From Octopus sinensis (taxonomy: Eukaryota), in the NCBI RefSeq assembly GCF_006345805.1, contig NC_042999.1, positions 169,198,001 through 169,262,000 on the forward strand: a stretch of DNA of 64,000 nt, given 5' to 3'. A program made the position numbers and the translations under genes. The notes beneath the pieces are model-generated. The model had not been told where the DNA came from, did no database searches, and saw only the letters and a list, made by a program, of their open reading frames with translations. Below, in pieces: positions 23,207-35,959 of this stretch; within the stretch, counting starts at the first letter, position 1, and every line of letters begins with the position of its first letter.

Positions 23207-24624
23207 GTTTGCTTAAATTTTTTTTTCATTTCCTCCCAACAGTTACTCTGTAACTGTTATTACCATTATCATTCAACGCCTTTTATTTCTTCCCCTTCTA
23301 TAGTACTCACCTTATGTTTCTTTCTTTTTCATCCCTTCCTTTTCCTCATACTTTTCATAAGATGGCTTAGATATGTCAGTAAACTCCTTATTTTCTTACT
23401 AATGTATTAATATTTTCAAAGGCTAATATATTTTATAATTTGGTTTATTATATAAGGGAAGAGAAATATGCTTGTACAACTTCCATGACTTACCTCAAAA
23501 TATTAATTGCAAAAAAATAAATAAATAAATAACAAAAACAAAGGCTAGAACTAAGAATTAAAATCAAATGGCAGATTCATCTCCCTATGAGCTAACTTTA
23601 CTCCACAGCTCTCTCCCTTTTAAAATACTTTATGACTACCTCTGTTGTAGATAAAAACAGCATATTCCTTAGATTGATGTTCCATGATAAACTTATTGAT
23701 AAAGTGCTGCATTTGAGTTGTAATTGAAATTACTTCACAAAACTTACGTAACTTAAGGTAATAAAGTCAAAATGCTTTATAGTAATCTAGGAATCAATTC
23801 ATTTAGTTTTGATTCCTCTTTTTCTTTTCTCTTTTTTTCTCCTCTCTCTCACTCTCTCTCTTGCTCTGACGTGTTTTATGTTCCAAGATGAAATGAAACT
23901 ATTAGATTTTATGGAAATTATAAATCAGATAGATTTCCATAAGTTTAATTAACAAATTTAACAATTTGAATTACATATGTGCACTTTTTATGTATGTCTG
24001 TAACAAACATTTTTACAAATTCACAGTGTCATAGAATTTAAGTATAGACAACTGATTACATTGTTGTAAATTTAGCTCTTGCTATTTGTCCCTTTTAAAT
24101 AATACTGTTTGTGCTAGAGAGCCTTGCTCACAAAGGACAAAAAAAAGGCATTCTACTCATTAAGTTGGATAGGTATCCATCTGTATAAACTACTATTCTA
24201 ACAAACAAGCATGAAAACCTGTATGTAGTTGTTTGAATTGCCAGAATACTAACTGAATCTCCTACAAATTACATTCTACTTCCTTACAAAGAGAAAGTTC
24301 ATCATCAATCCATTGTCCATGCTGGCATGGGTTGGATGGTTTGACTGGGCTGGTACACTGGAAGGCTGCACCAGACTCTGGTCTGATTTGACATGATTTT
24401 CTATGCCTGGATGCCCTTTTTATGCCAACCACTCTGAGAGTTTAATGGGTACTTTTATGTGCCACCAGTACAAGTGCCATTTGCATGACACTGGGGTGCA
24501 TTTACATGTCACTGGCATGGGTGCCATTTTGTGTGACACTGGTATCGGCTATAGCTGTGATTTTGCTTGGCTTGATGGGTCTTCTTCTCAAGCATGACAT
24601 AATGCCGAAGGTCTTGGTTATTGC

Positions 24625-24935
24625 CTCTGTGAGGCCCAACACTCAAAAGGAACTCAGACACCTTGCTGCCATGTGGCCTAACACTCGAAAGGAACTCAGC
24701 CACTTTACCTCTGTCAGACCCAATGCTTGAGAGAAACTCAGTCACTTTGCCCCCGTGTAGACTAATGCTCAAATGGAACCCATCCACTTTTCCTTTGTGG
24801 GGCCCAATGCTTGAGAGAAACTCAGTCACTTTGCCCCCGTGTAGCCCAATGCTCAAATGGAACCCATTCACTTTTCCTTTGTGGGGCCCAATGCTTGAAA
24901 GGAACTCAGCCACTTGGCCTCCATCAAGCCCGACA
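24625..24935. repeat. Minisatellite, ~42-bp monomers with an 84-bp higher-order repeat
   Basis: cccaatgcttgagagaaactcagtcactttgcccccgtgtag alternates with ..aatgctcaaatggaacccat.cacttttcctttgtgggg; ORFs show 14/28-aa periodicity. Confidence 0.88.
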
Positions 24936-25660
24936 TTCACTTGGCTTTACAGGTCCTCTCAAGCACAGTACATTGCCAAAGGTCTCAGTCACCAGTCGTT
25001 GCCTCTGTGAGGCTCAAAGTTTGAAGTTCATGCTTCACCACCTCACCCTATGTCTTCCTGGGTCAACCTCTACCACAGGTTCCCTCCACAATTAGAGATC
25101 AGCACTTCTTTACATAGCTCTCCTTATACATACACATCACATGACCACATCAGTGCAGTTGTCTGTCTTGCACACCACATCTGATTCCTCTTACGCCTAA
25201 CTTTTCTGTCAAGATACTTACACTCTGTCGAACATGCATACTGACATTGCACATCCAGTAACGCATACTGGCTTCATTTCTTTCAAGACTATGCATGTCC
25301 TTGGCTATCATAGCCCATGTTTCACTGCCATGCAGCATGGCTGTTTGCACACAGGCATCAAACAATCTGTCTTCCTCTCTGAGAGAGAGGCCCTTTGTTT
25401 CTAGCAGGGGTAGGAGCTTTCTCAACTTTGTCCAGCTTAATCTTATTCTCACAGCTATGCTCTTGGAGCATCTGCCTCCATTACTAACTTGGTCACCTAA
25501 ATAATGGAAGCTATCTATTACCTCTCCCTTGCCCCCCTGGCAGTTGATGGAGTCTATTTTCTGCGCATTTTCAGTGTTTATTGTACCTGTGCGCCTTCCA
25601 CATACAAAAGTTAGTTTTCCTGTTAATCTTCCTCTGATGTTGCTGCACCTTTTATGTATC

Positions 25661-25799
25661 CAAATCCCTTCAGGTAGGTGGCCTTGCTCAATCTGTAGAA
25701 AAGGTGTAGGCAGAAACTCCATAAGATGCACCATCTTATGGAGTTTCTGCCTACACCTTTTCTACAGATTGAGCAGGGCCACCTACCTGAAGGGATTTG
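25661..25799. repeat. Near-perfect inverted repeat: 68-bp arms, 3-nt loop (CAC)
   Basis: 25661-25728 is the reverse complement of 25732-25799 except for the pair 25684(T)/25776(G). Confidence 0.97.
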
Positions 25800-27559
25800 T
25801 GATTTGTCTGCTTTCCTACTTACTAAGACTTTAGTTTTTGCTAAGGCCCTTTGATTCTAAACCTTACTTCCATACTTGAAACTTCTCCTCTAGTTCAGGT
25901 AGTGATTTAACTATAAGAGCAAAGTCATCAGCATAGAGGAGCTCCCAGGGGCAGCCTGTCTTAAATTCTTCTGTTATTGGCTGGAGGACTGTGAGGGGGC
26001 TGAGCACCAAACCTTGGTAAATCCTTACTTGTCTATCCCTAGTTTCCGCATTGACCACCAGACGGGGGATCAAAAGTTTATCTTTGGCTAGGTATTTCTC
26101 CTGCAGTTGCCTTATCAGAAATATCAGTGGTGTTTCTACCTGGCACAAACCCAAACTGCATCTCATCTAGACTAACTCTCTCCCTAATTAGTTGGGCTAT
26201 GACTCTCTCCGTAGCTTTTATTACCTGATCCAACAATTTGATACCTCTGTAATTATTTCTAAGTTGACTATGGTGCTGCTACACTAGTCATTGGGTATGA
26301 CTTTTTCATGAACCACCTGATTTACAATATCAGTGACTAGACCATAACCCACACCACCAGATATTTAAAACATCTCAGCGGTGATTCCTGTTGGGCCAGG
26401 AACTTTCCCTGTCATCATGTCCTTAGTTGCTTTATCTACCATCATACTGTTGATTCAGGTAGCTCGTCCCTCAGTTGGGTCAACATTTGGCAGACTATCC
26501 TATTCATTGTCCACATTCAACAGTCTTTCATAATGGCATCTCCAAACCTCTTTCTTTGCAGACTCATTAAATACAAGTGCACCATCATTCATGCGGACAC
26601 ATTTCTCTCCTGTAACATCACAATTTTCTCTCACACACTGTCTTGCAGTCCAAAATACTTCAGTTCTTTGGTCCTCACGATGCTAAACATAGGCAAACCT
26701 CTTTTTTGCTTCTCCTTTGGCTAGATATACTGGTCTCCTAGCTTCCTTTCTGGCTATCTCATACAGTTCCCTGCTGCCGCCACTCTTCCAGGCCTGTTTC
26801 TTTGCTCTTATAGCCCTGTCTACAGTATCGTTCCACTACCATGTTACTCTAGGTCTGGAAGGGACTTTGCACTAGCTACAGATTTGGTCTGGGGCACTCA
26901 GCAAGCTGTCTCACAGGAATTCTCAGTTGCTCTCTATGTCACAAGTTTGCATCTTCTCCCTCTCATCAAATTTCTCAAGATGTCCCTAAATCTCTGACCA
27001 TATGAAGGGTCCTTAAGCTTCCAAATCCTTCTTTTCCAAATTGGTCTGCTTCTTGGCATCCTTCTGGCCGGGTGTCTGAACTTGCTAATGACTAGCCTAT
27101 GCTAGGTGGTGGGGGTTACATTCTTTGCAGAAAAGGACAATAGGGAAATGGAAGAAAGAAATGGTTAGCTTTGCGAACAAGAAATGAAAGAAACGGCTAA
27201 CTTCGCCACAAGAAAATCAAAACAGCAAAGCAAAGAATGATAAAAACACATGAGAATTATGTCAACGATTTAAAGGGATATGATTGTAGAAGTTATTAGA
27301 GAAAGTAAAAACTTACAGGTTTGCTTCGCCATTGGATAATGTAGTTCTATTATTATTATTATTATTATTTTTTATTACTTTTCATTACATAAATAACTGG
27401 AGTGAACCATACAAAAAATTATTGTTTGAAAGTGTACTAAAGTCTTTGACACTGCAACAATTGAGTTCATGAGCAAAACGCTTCATCTCACATTGCCCTG
27501 TGATCATTTCAACATCTGATGTGGGGTATACAGTGCAGCACAAACATTGGAACATCATC

Positions 27560-27990
27560 ATCGTTGTTTAACATCCACTTTCCATGTTGGTATGGGTTGG
27601 ATGGTTTGACTGAGGACTGGCAAGCCAGAAGTCTACCGGGCTCCAATCTGATCTGGCAAGGTTTCTACAGCTGGATGCCCTTCCTAACACCAACCACTCC
27701 GAGAGTGTAGTGGGTGCTTTTTACGTGCCACAGGCATGAGGGTCACTCAGGCGGTACAGGCATCGACTACGCTTGAATGGTACTTTTTACAAGCCACCTG
27801 CATGGGAGCCACTCAGGCGGCACTGGCAACAACTACACTTGAATGGTGCCTTTTACATGCCACTGGCCTGGGTGCCAGTCAGGCAGTACTGGCATCAGCC
27901 ATGACAATGACTTCATTTGACCCAACAGGTCTTCGCAAGCACAGTTTATTGACCAATGATTGAAGGGTACTCTTGAATGGGCTGGCTATG
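27560..27990 (-). mobile_element. RTE-type LINE 3' end
   Basis: Reverse complement of the tail at 22135-22465. Confidence 0.8.
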
Positions 27991-28164
27991 CTGCACTGGC
28001 ATAGGCCATGGGTCACTATAAACAAATCATTTGTGCAGGTCATTCAGCAAAAGCTGAATGCTCATACATTGTCTTGGAGATGGGAGAGTCCAGCATACAT
28101 ATATGTTGTTTGTATGTATGTATGTAACTATGTACATATATTCTCTCTCTGTTTATTTTTCTAT

Positions 28165-28300
28165 TATTCCTTTTTGTTGAAGAGCATAGGCTCGAAACGT
28201 AAAAGACTTTTTCATTTTCCTGAGCATGAAACTGATACACTTGCTTGGTGTTCAGACACCTGTCCTCGTCTTTTGTTTCAACTATTATGTATATACACAC
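28165..28300 (+). mobile_element. Probable Penelope-like element terminal-repeat remnant
   Basis: ttgaagagcataggctcgaaacgt resembles the CTGANGA...CGAAAC signature of PLE termini. Confidence 0.45.
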
Positions 28301-28329
28301 ATATATATGTGTATGTATGTCTCTCTGTC

Positions 28330-28920
28330 TGTCATTCAGTTTATTTCAAGATTTCTTGCCAATAGAGAAAGAACTGGTTTCTAACCTAGATCCAAGGTTC
28401 CTTCATTGGAATTTCAACATCAACAACAGGGTATATTTGTATGTATGTATGTGCAGATTTGTTTGTTTTATGTATGTATTCTCATGCTTGTAGTTACATG
28501 TCTAGGCATGCTCATATATATTTAAATGATAAACTTCTCGGAAGTTTCACAGATTTTTGCAGTTTTAGTGATGGATTAGATCTGTAGCCTGTGAATTAGC
28601 TTTCTCTTTCCTGGTTTTGAGAAGCACTAATTTCTCAAGATTGGCATTTAGGCAGTGTGTTATATATCCCAGGATCTCAATAATTACAGGTATAAACCTG
28701 AACTTGTAATCTGTAATAGAGTAAATGTAGATTTCTCAATAGTTCAACATAGGTGTTCTCTTTTTCACTGATCTTCAGCTTTATGTTAACATCCGCTGGC
28801 AGCTAATTTCTACAACTGTGCACAGTTTCTCTTCCTCATCCCAAATCATTATATCAGGTCTGTTGTGCTTACATTTTACTGAAGTCTTCACTGATACATT
28901 CCACCAGTATTCCTTTTCAT
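28330..28920 (-). mobile_element. R4/Dong-like LINE 3' end (RLE domain + 3' UTR)
   Basis: EYWWNVSVKTSVKCKHNRPDIMIWDEEEKLCTVVEISC.ADVN...EKENTY...FIPVII. Confidence 0.85.
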
Positions 28921-28939
28921 TATTAATCACTATGGCTTC

Positions 28940-28943
28940 TATG

Positions 28944-29012
<69 letters not shown>

Positions 29013-29043
29013 GTGTGTGTGTGTGTGTATATTTATATTTATG

Positions 29044-29074
<31 letters not shown>

Positions 29075-29100
29075 CTGTGTGTGTATATATATATATATCA
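28940..29100. repeat. Compound (TA)n/(TG)n microsatellite
   Basis: Direct inspection. Confidence 0.95.
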
Positions 29101-29659
29101 CCCAAAGAGATACACCGGCACTGCCAGATGCTCCTGAACCAATTACTGAGTGTTCTACCTGTGAGGGATTGATGCTAGATGTGTCAAAATAAATTCTTAT
29201 ATATTCCATCTTCTGTCTTTCATTTGCCATATAACGATCACTGTGAAAGTGACAGTGCTTTCCCAGTTGGCTTCCAGGTGTAAACCATTCATTTTATTAT
29301 CCAATATATACACACACATAAGCACCGCTTAATAATTTCAAATGGAGGCAGAAACTAGAAGAACATAATTAATAACCACACTCAAAATCAAATATATACA
29401 TATATTCTTCTACATTTATAAAACGGATATAAAAATTCCAAATATATAATATATAAAAATACATATAAATAGATAAATATGGATGTGATACATAAAACAG
29501 TGAATTTTAGATTTAAAAGTTATAATACATTGGTGTAATAAAAATTTGAAATGATATAACATTAAAATATATACTAAAATACCACAAAAATAAAACAAAA
29601 ATTTAAGAATTCCATCAGAGATATGCCAAGTAATATGATATATTTCATATTTTTAAAAC

Positions 29660-29965
29660 TGTCGAATCACTGAGAGAGAAGAAGGGGGTACAAACTATTA
29701 TGAATGACCATTCCTCCTAGCATATCTTTTAAACAAGTCACTAAGGGAGAGAGAAAGGAGGGACAAACTAACAAAGAGAGAGAGGGGGTGTCATGTGGTC
29801 TTCTCAAAGCATGACACGCCACATTGAATTTATCGAGTCACTAAGAGAGAGAGAGGAAGGAAGGACAAACTAACACAGACAGAGAGGGAGTGTGTGTCAT
29901 GCAATCTTCTCAAAGCATTTCTCAAAGCAGAAGTACAAGTCACTGAGAGAGGGAAAGGGGAGACA
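29660..29965 (+). repeat. Degenerate tandem repeat, 3-4 units of ~70-100 bp
   Basis: Recurring tcact.agagaga..gg..acaaa at ~29665, 29738, 29838, 29940; gtgtcatg..tcttctcaaagcat occurs twice. Confidence 0.7.
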
Positions 29966-30089
29966 AAATATTTCTAAAACAACTGGACGGATTTTCTTTA
30001 AAACAAAGAAGGCATGCAGCGCATACCTTGCATACCTGAGAGTGCATGCCCCTGGTATATATCTGTGTATATATATATATATATATGCA

Positions 30090-31050
30090 GAAAACCTCGT
30101 CAACAAATGACAGAGACCTTCTCTTTGTGGCTGGTGACTTCAATGGGCATGTTTGACAACATGCAGGGAGCTTCCATAGCATACATGGTGGCTATGGATT
30201 TGGTTCCCACAATGAGGAGGGAACTAGACTGTGAGATGCAAATGTGTTTTGGTTTTTAATACTAACTTCAGGAAACCTGCTAGTTACCTGTTCACCAACC
30301 AGTCTGGTGGACACACTAGTCAGATTGACTACATTTTCACCAGGAAACAGGAAAGATGGCTACTTACGAATGCCAAAACCTTCCCAGGTGAAGAATGCAT
30401 AACATAAGTTAGCAGTTAGTGACTTCAGGATCAGGACTAAATGAATGCCCAGAAGATGTCTAGCATGGAAACAAAGGGTCTGGAAGCTTAAGGATCCTGT
30501 GAATGGACAGAGATTTAGAGACATATTATTCGAAGCTTTTGGCGAAAAAGAAGAGGATATAGCATCACATAATGTGAAAGACAACTGGAGGTTCCTACGG
30601 GACAACCTGTTGAGGGCTACTGACTAGATCCATGGATGGTGTGAAGTTCCCTCTCAACCTAAGGTTAGATGGTGGTCAAACAATGGAATTGACAGGGCCA
30701 TTAGGGAGAAGAAACAGGCATGGAAGGCCTGGAAGAATGGTGGTAGCAGAGAACTGTATGAGATCGCCGGATGTGAAGCAGATTAGAAAATATTTGCCAA
30801 TGTTCTTCATTGTGGGGACCAAAGACTTGAAGTGTTTCATGTTGCAAGAAAATGTGTGAGAGAGAAATGTGTCCATATGGATGCTGGCTCACTTGCATTT
30901 AATGAGGCTGCAAAGAGAGAGACTGTGAGAGGTTGCTAAATGAAGAGAATGAATGGGAAAAAGAGAGTCTGCCAAATGTCAACCCAACAGAGGGACCAGC
31001 TATGCAAATTGATAGTACCTTGGTAGATAAAGCAATTAAGAGTATGCACC
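30090..31050 (+). mobile_element. RTE-type LINE fragment (AP endonuclease to pre-RT), same family as 24300-27100
   Basis: LFVAGDFNGHV, SQIDYIF, VWKLKDP, EGPAMQIDSTLVDKAIKSM. Confidence 0.85.
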
Positions 31051-32239
31051 CCTCTCTAGGTTGTATAGAGCTGTTACTGGCACTGCAGCAGATGCCTTCC
31101 CATGAGCTATTATTACCCTTAGGCATATTGTGCATAGTAGACCCCATATGGCTGCACCCTCGCAAGGATTAATATAATTTATTTTGCTCACATGTATATC
31201 CAGGTGTAATCTTTCAGTCATTACCCAACATTTACAACCAAAGGTTAGGATAGGCATGAAAATCAAATTAAAGTTAACAAGGTTTTTTTTTTTTTTGGTT
31301 TTTTTGCCAGTCTCTCTTCTTATTCAGTGAACATTCAGTTTTCTGTAATTGCATAATTGCTTATTTATCAGTTGTGTATAAATACAAGATGCATTACCAA
31401 TACTGTTATCGCAATTGTGCCAATTTTTACTACTTCTACTATTTGAATTAGAAATGTTGTTATTCACCAGATTTCCCCAAGTATTTAGATTGTGACAACT
31501 GTTATGATCATTGCAAGCATTGTAATTACTATTGGTCATGTGATTGGGCTCATTATGGTTGCTGGTACCCAAAGATACCTTGATAAGGATAGTTTTTAGC
31601 ACTCAAGTTGAATTTTGGATGTTGCACATTATTGATGGTAAATGGTAATTATCACTACCACAATCAATAACACAATCATAGTTAGGGTTAGCCAAAGAGC
31701 AATTATTTCCCTGAGTTAACTACACTGGGAGTTTTATGTTATCTACTTAGCTGTTGACATTTGAAACTTGTCTTTAGGAGCAAGGGACAGGGGAAGGAAG
31801 GAAGATTCTATTGGTGTGTTGATGTACATTATACTTATTTCTGGAACAATTTTCTCATTTTATAATAACTGATAGCAGCTATACTATCAACCAAGTTAGG
31901 TGTGATTGAGTATGAAACTTTGAGTGTTTACTGTCAAGTTAAATTCTATCATTGCTATCCTGCTGCTCTCCTATATACCTGTATTCACCACTCACTGCAT
32001 TTCACCATCTCCTCAGTCCCTGCTTTGCAGTCTTGTGAAGTCACTGCTCAAGCATCTTGTCCAGTCCTTTGCACCATTTCACTTACATTCACCTACTTGT
32101 ACCTTTAGGCTATGCCCTGACTATGTATCTCCTCTATAGCAAGACACCTGTTTCTGTTCTGCTTTCATAGTTTGACCTCTTATCACCTGGCACAAAGCCA
32201 CCACCCTCAATATCACCACCACCCCCTCTCAGTTGAGGG

Positions 32240-32455
32240 GTCTTTGTCTTACTTGCAGACCTTGCCAGTGCTGATGTCATGTAAAAAGCACTCAGTACAG
32301 TCTGTAAAGTGTTTGGTGTTGGGCTGGTTGTCTCGTCAAAGAAACCCTGCCAAAATAGACTGTAGAACTTGATGCTGTCCTCTGGCTTGCTAGTCCCTAT
32401 TGCACCATCCAACCCATGCTAGCCTGGAGAGTGATAATGATGATGATTATGATGA
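32240..32455 (+). mobile_element. Diverged RTE-type LINE 3' end with (GAT)n tail
   Basis: tgtaaaaagcac, ccatccaacccatgctagc, (GAT)n. Confidence 0.6.
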
Positions 32456-33383
32456 TATGTATATGTGTACAATCCTATCTTTACACATGCAGCCAATCAA
32501 ATGCTTCCTGTTTGTTTTTGTTTATATTTTCTGAATATTTCCTTTAATAATTTCCACTTTCATTGTCCGGGTTTTGTTTGACAATCAGGGTTGTAAAAGT
32601 CTGAGTAAGGAAATTTAGACTTTCAGTTTAAAATATTTAAAAAATTATACTTTGCTTTCAGTATGAAATACTTTCTTTTTTCCTTCTTGTCTACATTAAA
32701 GTCTTTGCATTCAAGTATTTACACGTGTTATGTTATAGCCTTATGTAAGGCACATCGTCACCTTTGCACATCTTTGGTCAACTGCTGGACAGAGGCTTTA
32801 GTATCTTCTCTCCACCAACCGCAGTCTCATATTTCCTCATCCATGTTTGGGTGCTAAAGAATTTAACAAAATTCTTCATGCCAACCTCTGCATGGTCTTA
32901 ACCATCCTTATTTTTTCTGGACGTGGTATCCACTCACTTTCCTATTCCATCTATTTTCCTTTCTTCTAAACACATCCCACAAAAGACTGTTAAACCTGTT
33001 GCTACTCTTATCCTGTTGTTTCCCCATTTATCCAATTTCTTAATCTTCAGCTTTCTCGTTTCCATGGCTCTTTATGTTGATCTTAATTTATTTTCAATGT
33101 TCTAGTTGGTAGTCCATGTTTATGATGTATATGTAATGGTATGCAGCACACACAGATAAAGAGTGTTGCTGTGTATTTTTATACTGTGTGTGTGTGTGTG
33201 TGGTTTTATTCTACAACAGAAGAGTAAATCATGAACTGGAAAGAAAAAAAAACAAAAAACAGTGCCTTTGAGTTTTAGATTGTCATCTTTCATGGTAGAT
33301 CTGTTCAATCAGAACTGACCTATGCCTAAACTTCATCATTATGATTGCCTCCCATTATATATATTTATTTACATATTTTTTAA

Positions 33384-33692
<309 letters not shown>

Positions 33693-34089
33693 TAATATCT
33701 TATTCCCCTATTTATTGTCTTACTCATTTTATACAAAAACATTCATTCTTTTAACTTCTGAAAAGCAAGAAAAATACATTTTTATGTCCATGTTTCTATA
33801 CTTGCATTAGTTAGAATAATATGCTTTTGAGGCTTTATAGCATGATGCCCTTTCTGTAACTAAAATTACTTGTTTTTCAAGTAAAAGATCTCTTATTCAA
33901 TGTGGCTTTAGGTTGAGCAGTTATGAAGATGTAAACAACATGCACACACATTTTACACACGTATGTCTGTCTGTCTGTCTGTTCTCTTTCTCTTTTTAAT
34001 TTTAGAGTAAATTTTGATTGGCCATCTACTTGGTAGCAAGGTTGTGGAGGGAAGGAACTTCTTTTAACCATCATTCTTTAAATCTTAAG

Positions 34090-34660
34090 AAGGTCTTGCA
34101 GATTTTTATAGCCCCAGATATTGTGATCATATGTAGCATATGAATTAAGGATTTACATTCTCTCCCTAAGATCGCTAGTCCAGATGGGTTGGTATGTTTA
34201 CTGTTGCTCCTATAATAATAAGTACGAAACTAAAAGTGTATCTTGGGTACTGGATTTGCAAAATCCTTATCAGTGGTTCATAGATGTGCTCTTTTTCTTG
34301 TAATTTTCTAATCCCATTCACATCCAGAGAGCAACTGATTTCCACAACCAAATATATCTTTTCTTTGTGGTCCCACTCAATGATATCTGGTCAGTTGTGT
34401 TTTAACTTGTCGGTTGTTTTAATTTTTAAGTTCCAGTATTCTTTTGACTTATCAGTCTCATTTGGTTAACTTCATTTGTAGTATTTTCTTCTTTGTTACC
34501 CTGTTCCAGACCATTTCAGCTACTGCATTATGCCTCATGAGAAGTTATCTGGAAGATATTCTCCTCACAGTTGACAATAATGTGGATGATGTCTTGCCTA
34601 AGTATGTATGCAGGATTTTTCTTCGAGAAAGTTCGAGCCAGTCACTAACAAATTGACAAA
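34090..34660 (-). mobile_element. R4/Dong-like LINE RLE remnant
   Basis: CRLC...IVNC......LLMRHNAVAEMVW and VVEISCSLDV. Confidence 0.7.
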
Positions 34661-34695
34661 ACATTTTGAGTTAAGCGTTCCCAGTGTTTGTAAAT

Positions 34696-35889
34696 TTGGG
34701 TCATCCCATAAATAATGGTTTTTTTCAATTACATGAACTAAAAGTTGGAGGGGGACAGAATAAACTATCTGCATAAACTTATTATAAAAGCAGGTAGTAA
34801 TTTTTCCTTGTACTTATTCTTAGTACAAGTTTTGAAGAGTGCAGTTCAATTTTAAGTTATTATTTCAAAGCTATAATGGAAGTGACAAAGGAGCATATTC
34901 AGCTTTATGAGTTCAATATAAGAAACAACACAATGGAAGGTGCAAGGAATATTATATGGATATCAGACAATAAGTGTAAGCCAGTGTCAATGGTGGTTCC
35001 AGAAATTCTGAGCTGGAAACTACAGTCTAGAAGATAAGCCTCATCCTGGAAGATCTGTAGAGCTCGATGAGGATGTTCTGCAAACCCTGGTGGAACAAAA
35101 TCCCATCATAACTGTTGAGGAACTAGCAGAGAAGCTCAGACTTGGTCATTCAACCATCCAGCGACACCTGTATGCCATCAGAAAAGTCAGCAAATTGGGT
35201 CAGTGGGTTCCTCCCAAACTTAGAATGTGTGCTCTTCTTTACTGTCATGTCTCGCGAATGAACCTTTTTTGGACTGACTAGTCACAGGTGATGAGAAATT
35301 GGTTCTCTATGAAAATGTCAAACCAGCACTCCAGGCTAAATAAGGTGTTGTTATCTATTTGGTGGGATATGAAAGGTTTCAGTCCACTTTGAACTTTTAA
35401 ACCCAAAGCAAGCGATACCAAAGGAGATCTACTGTGAGCAGCTTAAGTCAGTGCTAGGAGAAAAATGACCATCTTGGGTTTCAAGACAAAAGGTGTTCTT
35501 CAATCAGGATAATGCTCAGCCACATACAGTGAGGATGACATTCCAAAGACTGGAGAAGTTTGAATCAGAAACGATGACCCACCTTCCATATTCACCGGAC
35601 ATTGCCCCATCTGAATATCATTTATTCCGCAGTCTTCAAAATCATTCAGATGGAAAAAAATATGAATTCTGTAGACAAGTTCAGAACAGTACTGGAGGAA
35701 TATTTTTCATCACAGATAAGTGAATTTTGGAAGTAGAGCCTTGCAAGTCTACCAGAAGAGCATTGTAGAAAATGAAGGAGAGTATATTTTAGATTTAAAA
35801 AGAACCAAATTAAAAAAACAACTTTGTATATCTTAATTTTGAAAAATAAAAGAAGTATAAAAAACTGCATTATTTATGAGATAACCCAA
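34696..35889 (+). mobile_element. mariner transposon, decayed, both TIRs recognisable
   Basis: Ends ttgggtcatcccataaataatgg / tgcattatttatgagataacccaa-TA; VSKLGQWVP, VTGDEK, QDNAQPH, YSPDIAPSEYHLFRSLQN. Confidence 0.88.
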
Positions 35890-35959
35890 TATATGTTTGA
35901 TTTTGTGTGTTGGTTGAACTGTTGATGTATACATCCAAGTGTGTGCATCAATTCACATA

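Larger units (their letters stand above)
24300..27100 (-). mobile_element. RTE-type LINE, ~2.8 kb, with PHD-like Cys/His insert in RT and a minisatellite in the 3' UTR
   Basis: GLVLSP, ELLYADD, YLGDQV, MLHGSETW (ORFs 25864..26166, 25150..25734); 3' tail matches 22135-22465. Confidence 0.88.

Noticed and set aside
24625-24935. Regularly spaced repeats superficially like a CRISPR array
   Set aside because: The intervening sequences are themselves repeated, there are no cas genes, and the context is eukaryotic; it is a minisatellite.
27100-27335. Antisense ATGGCG...GTAAGT resembling a first coding exon
   Set aside because: No downstream partner exon identified; likely a transposon-derived fragment or chance.
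31324-31602. Asn-rich 92-aa ORF on the minus strand
   Set aside because: Consistent with decayed ATT/GTT/ACT triplet repeats; no splice or homology support.
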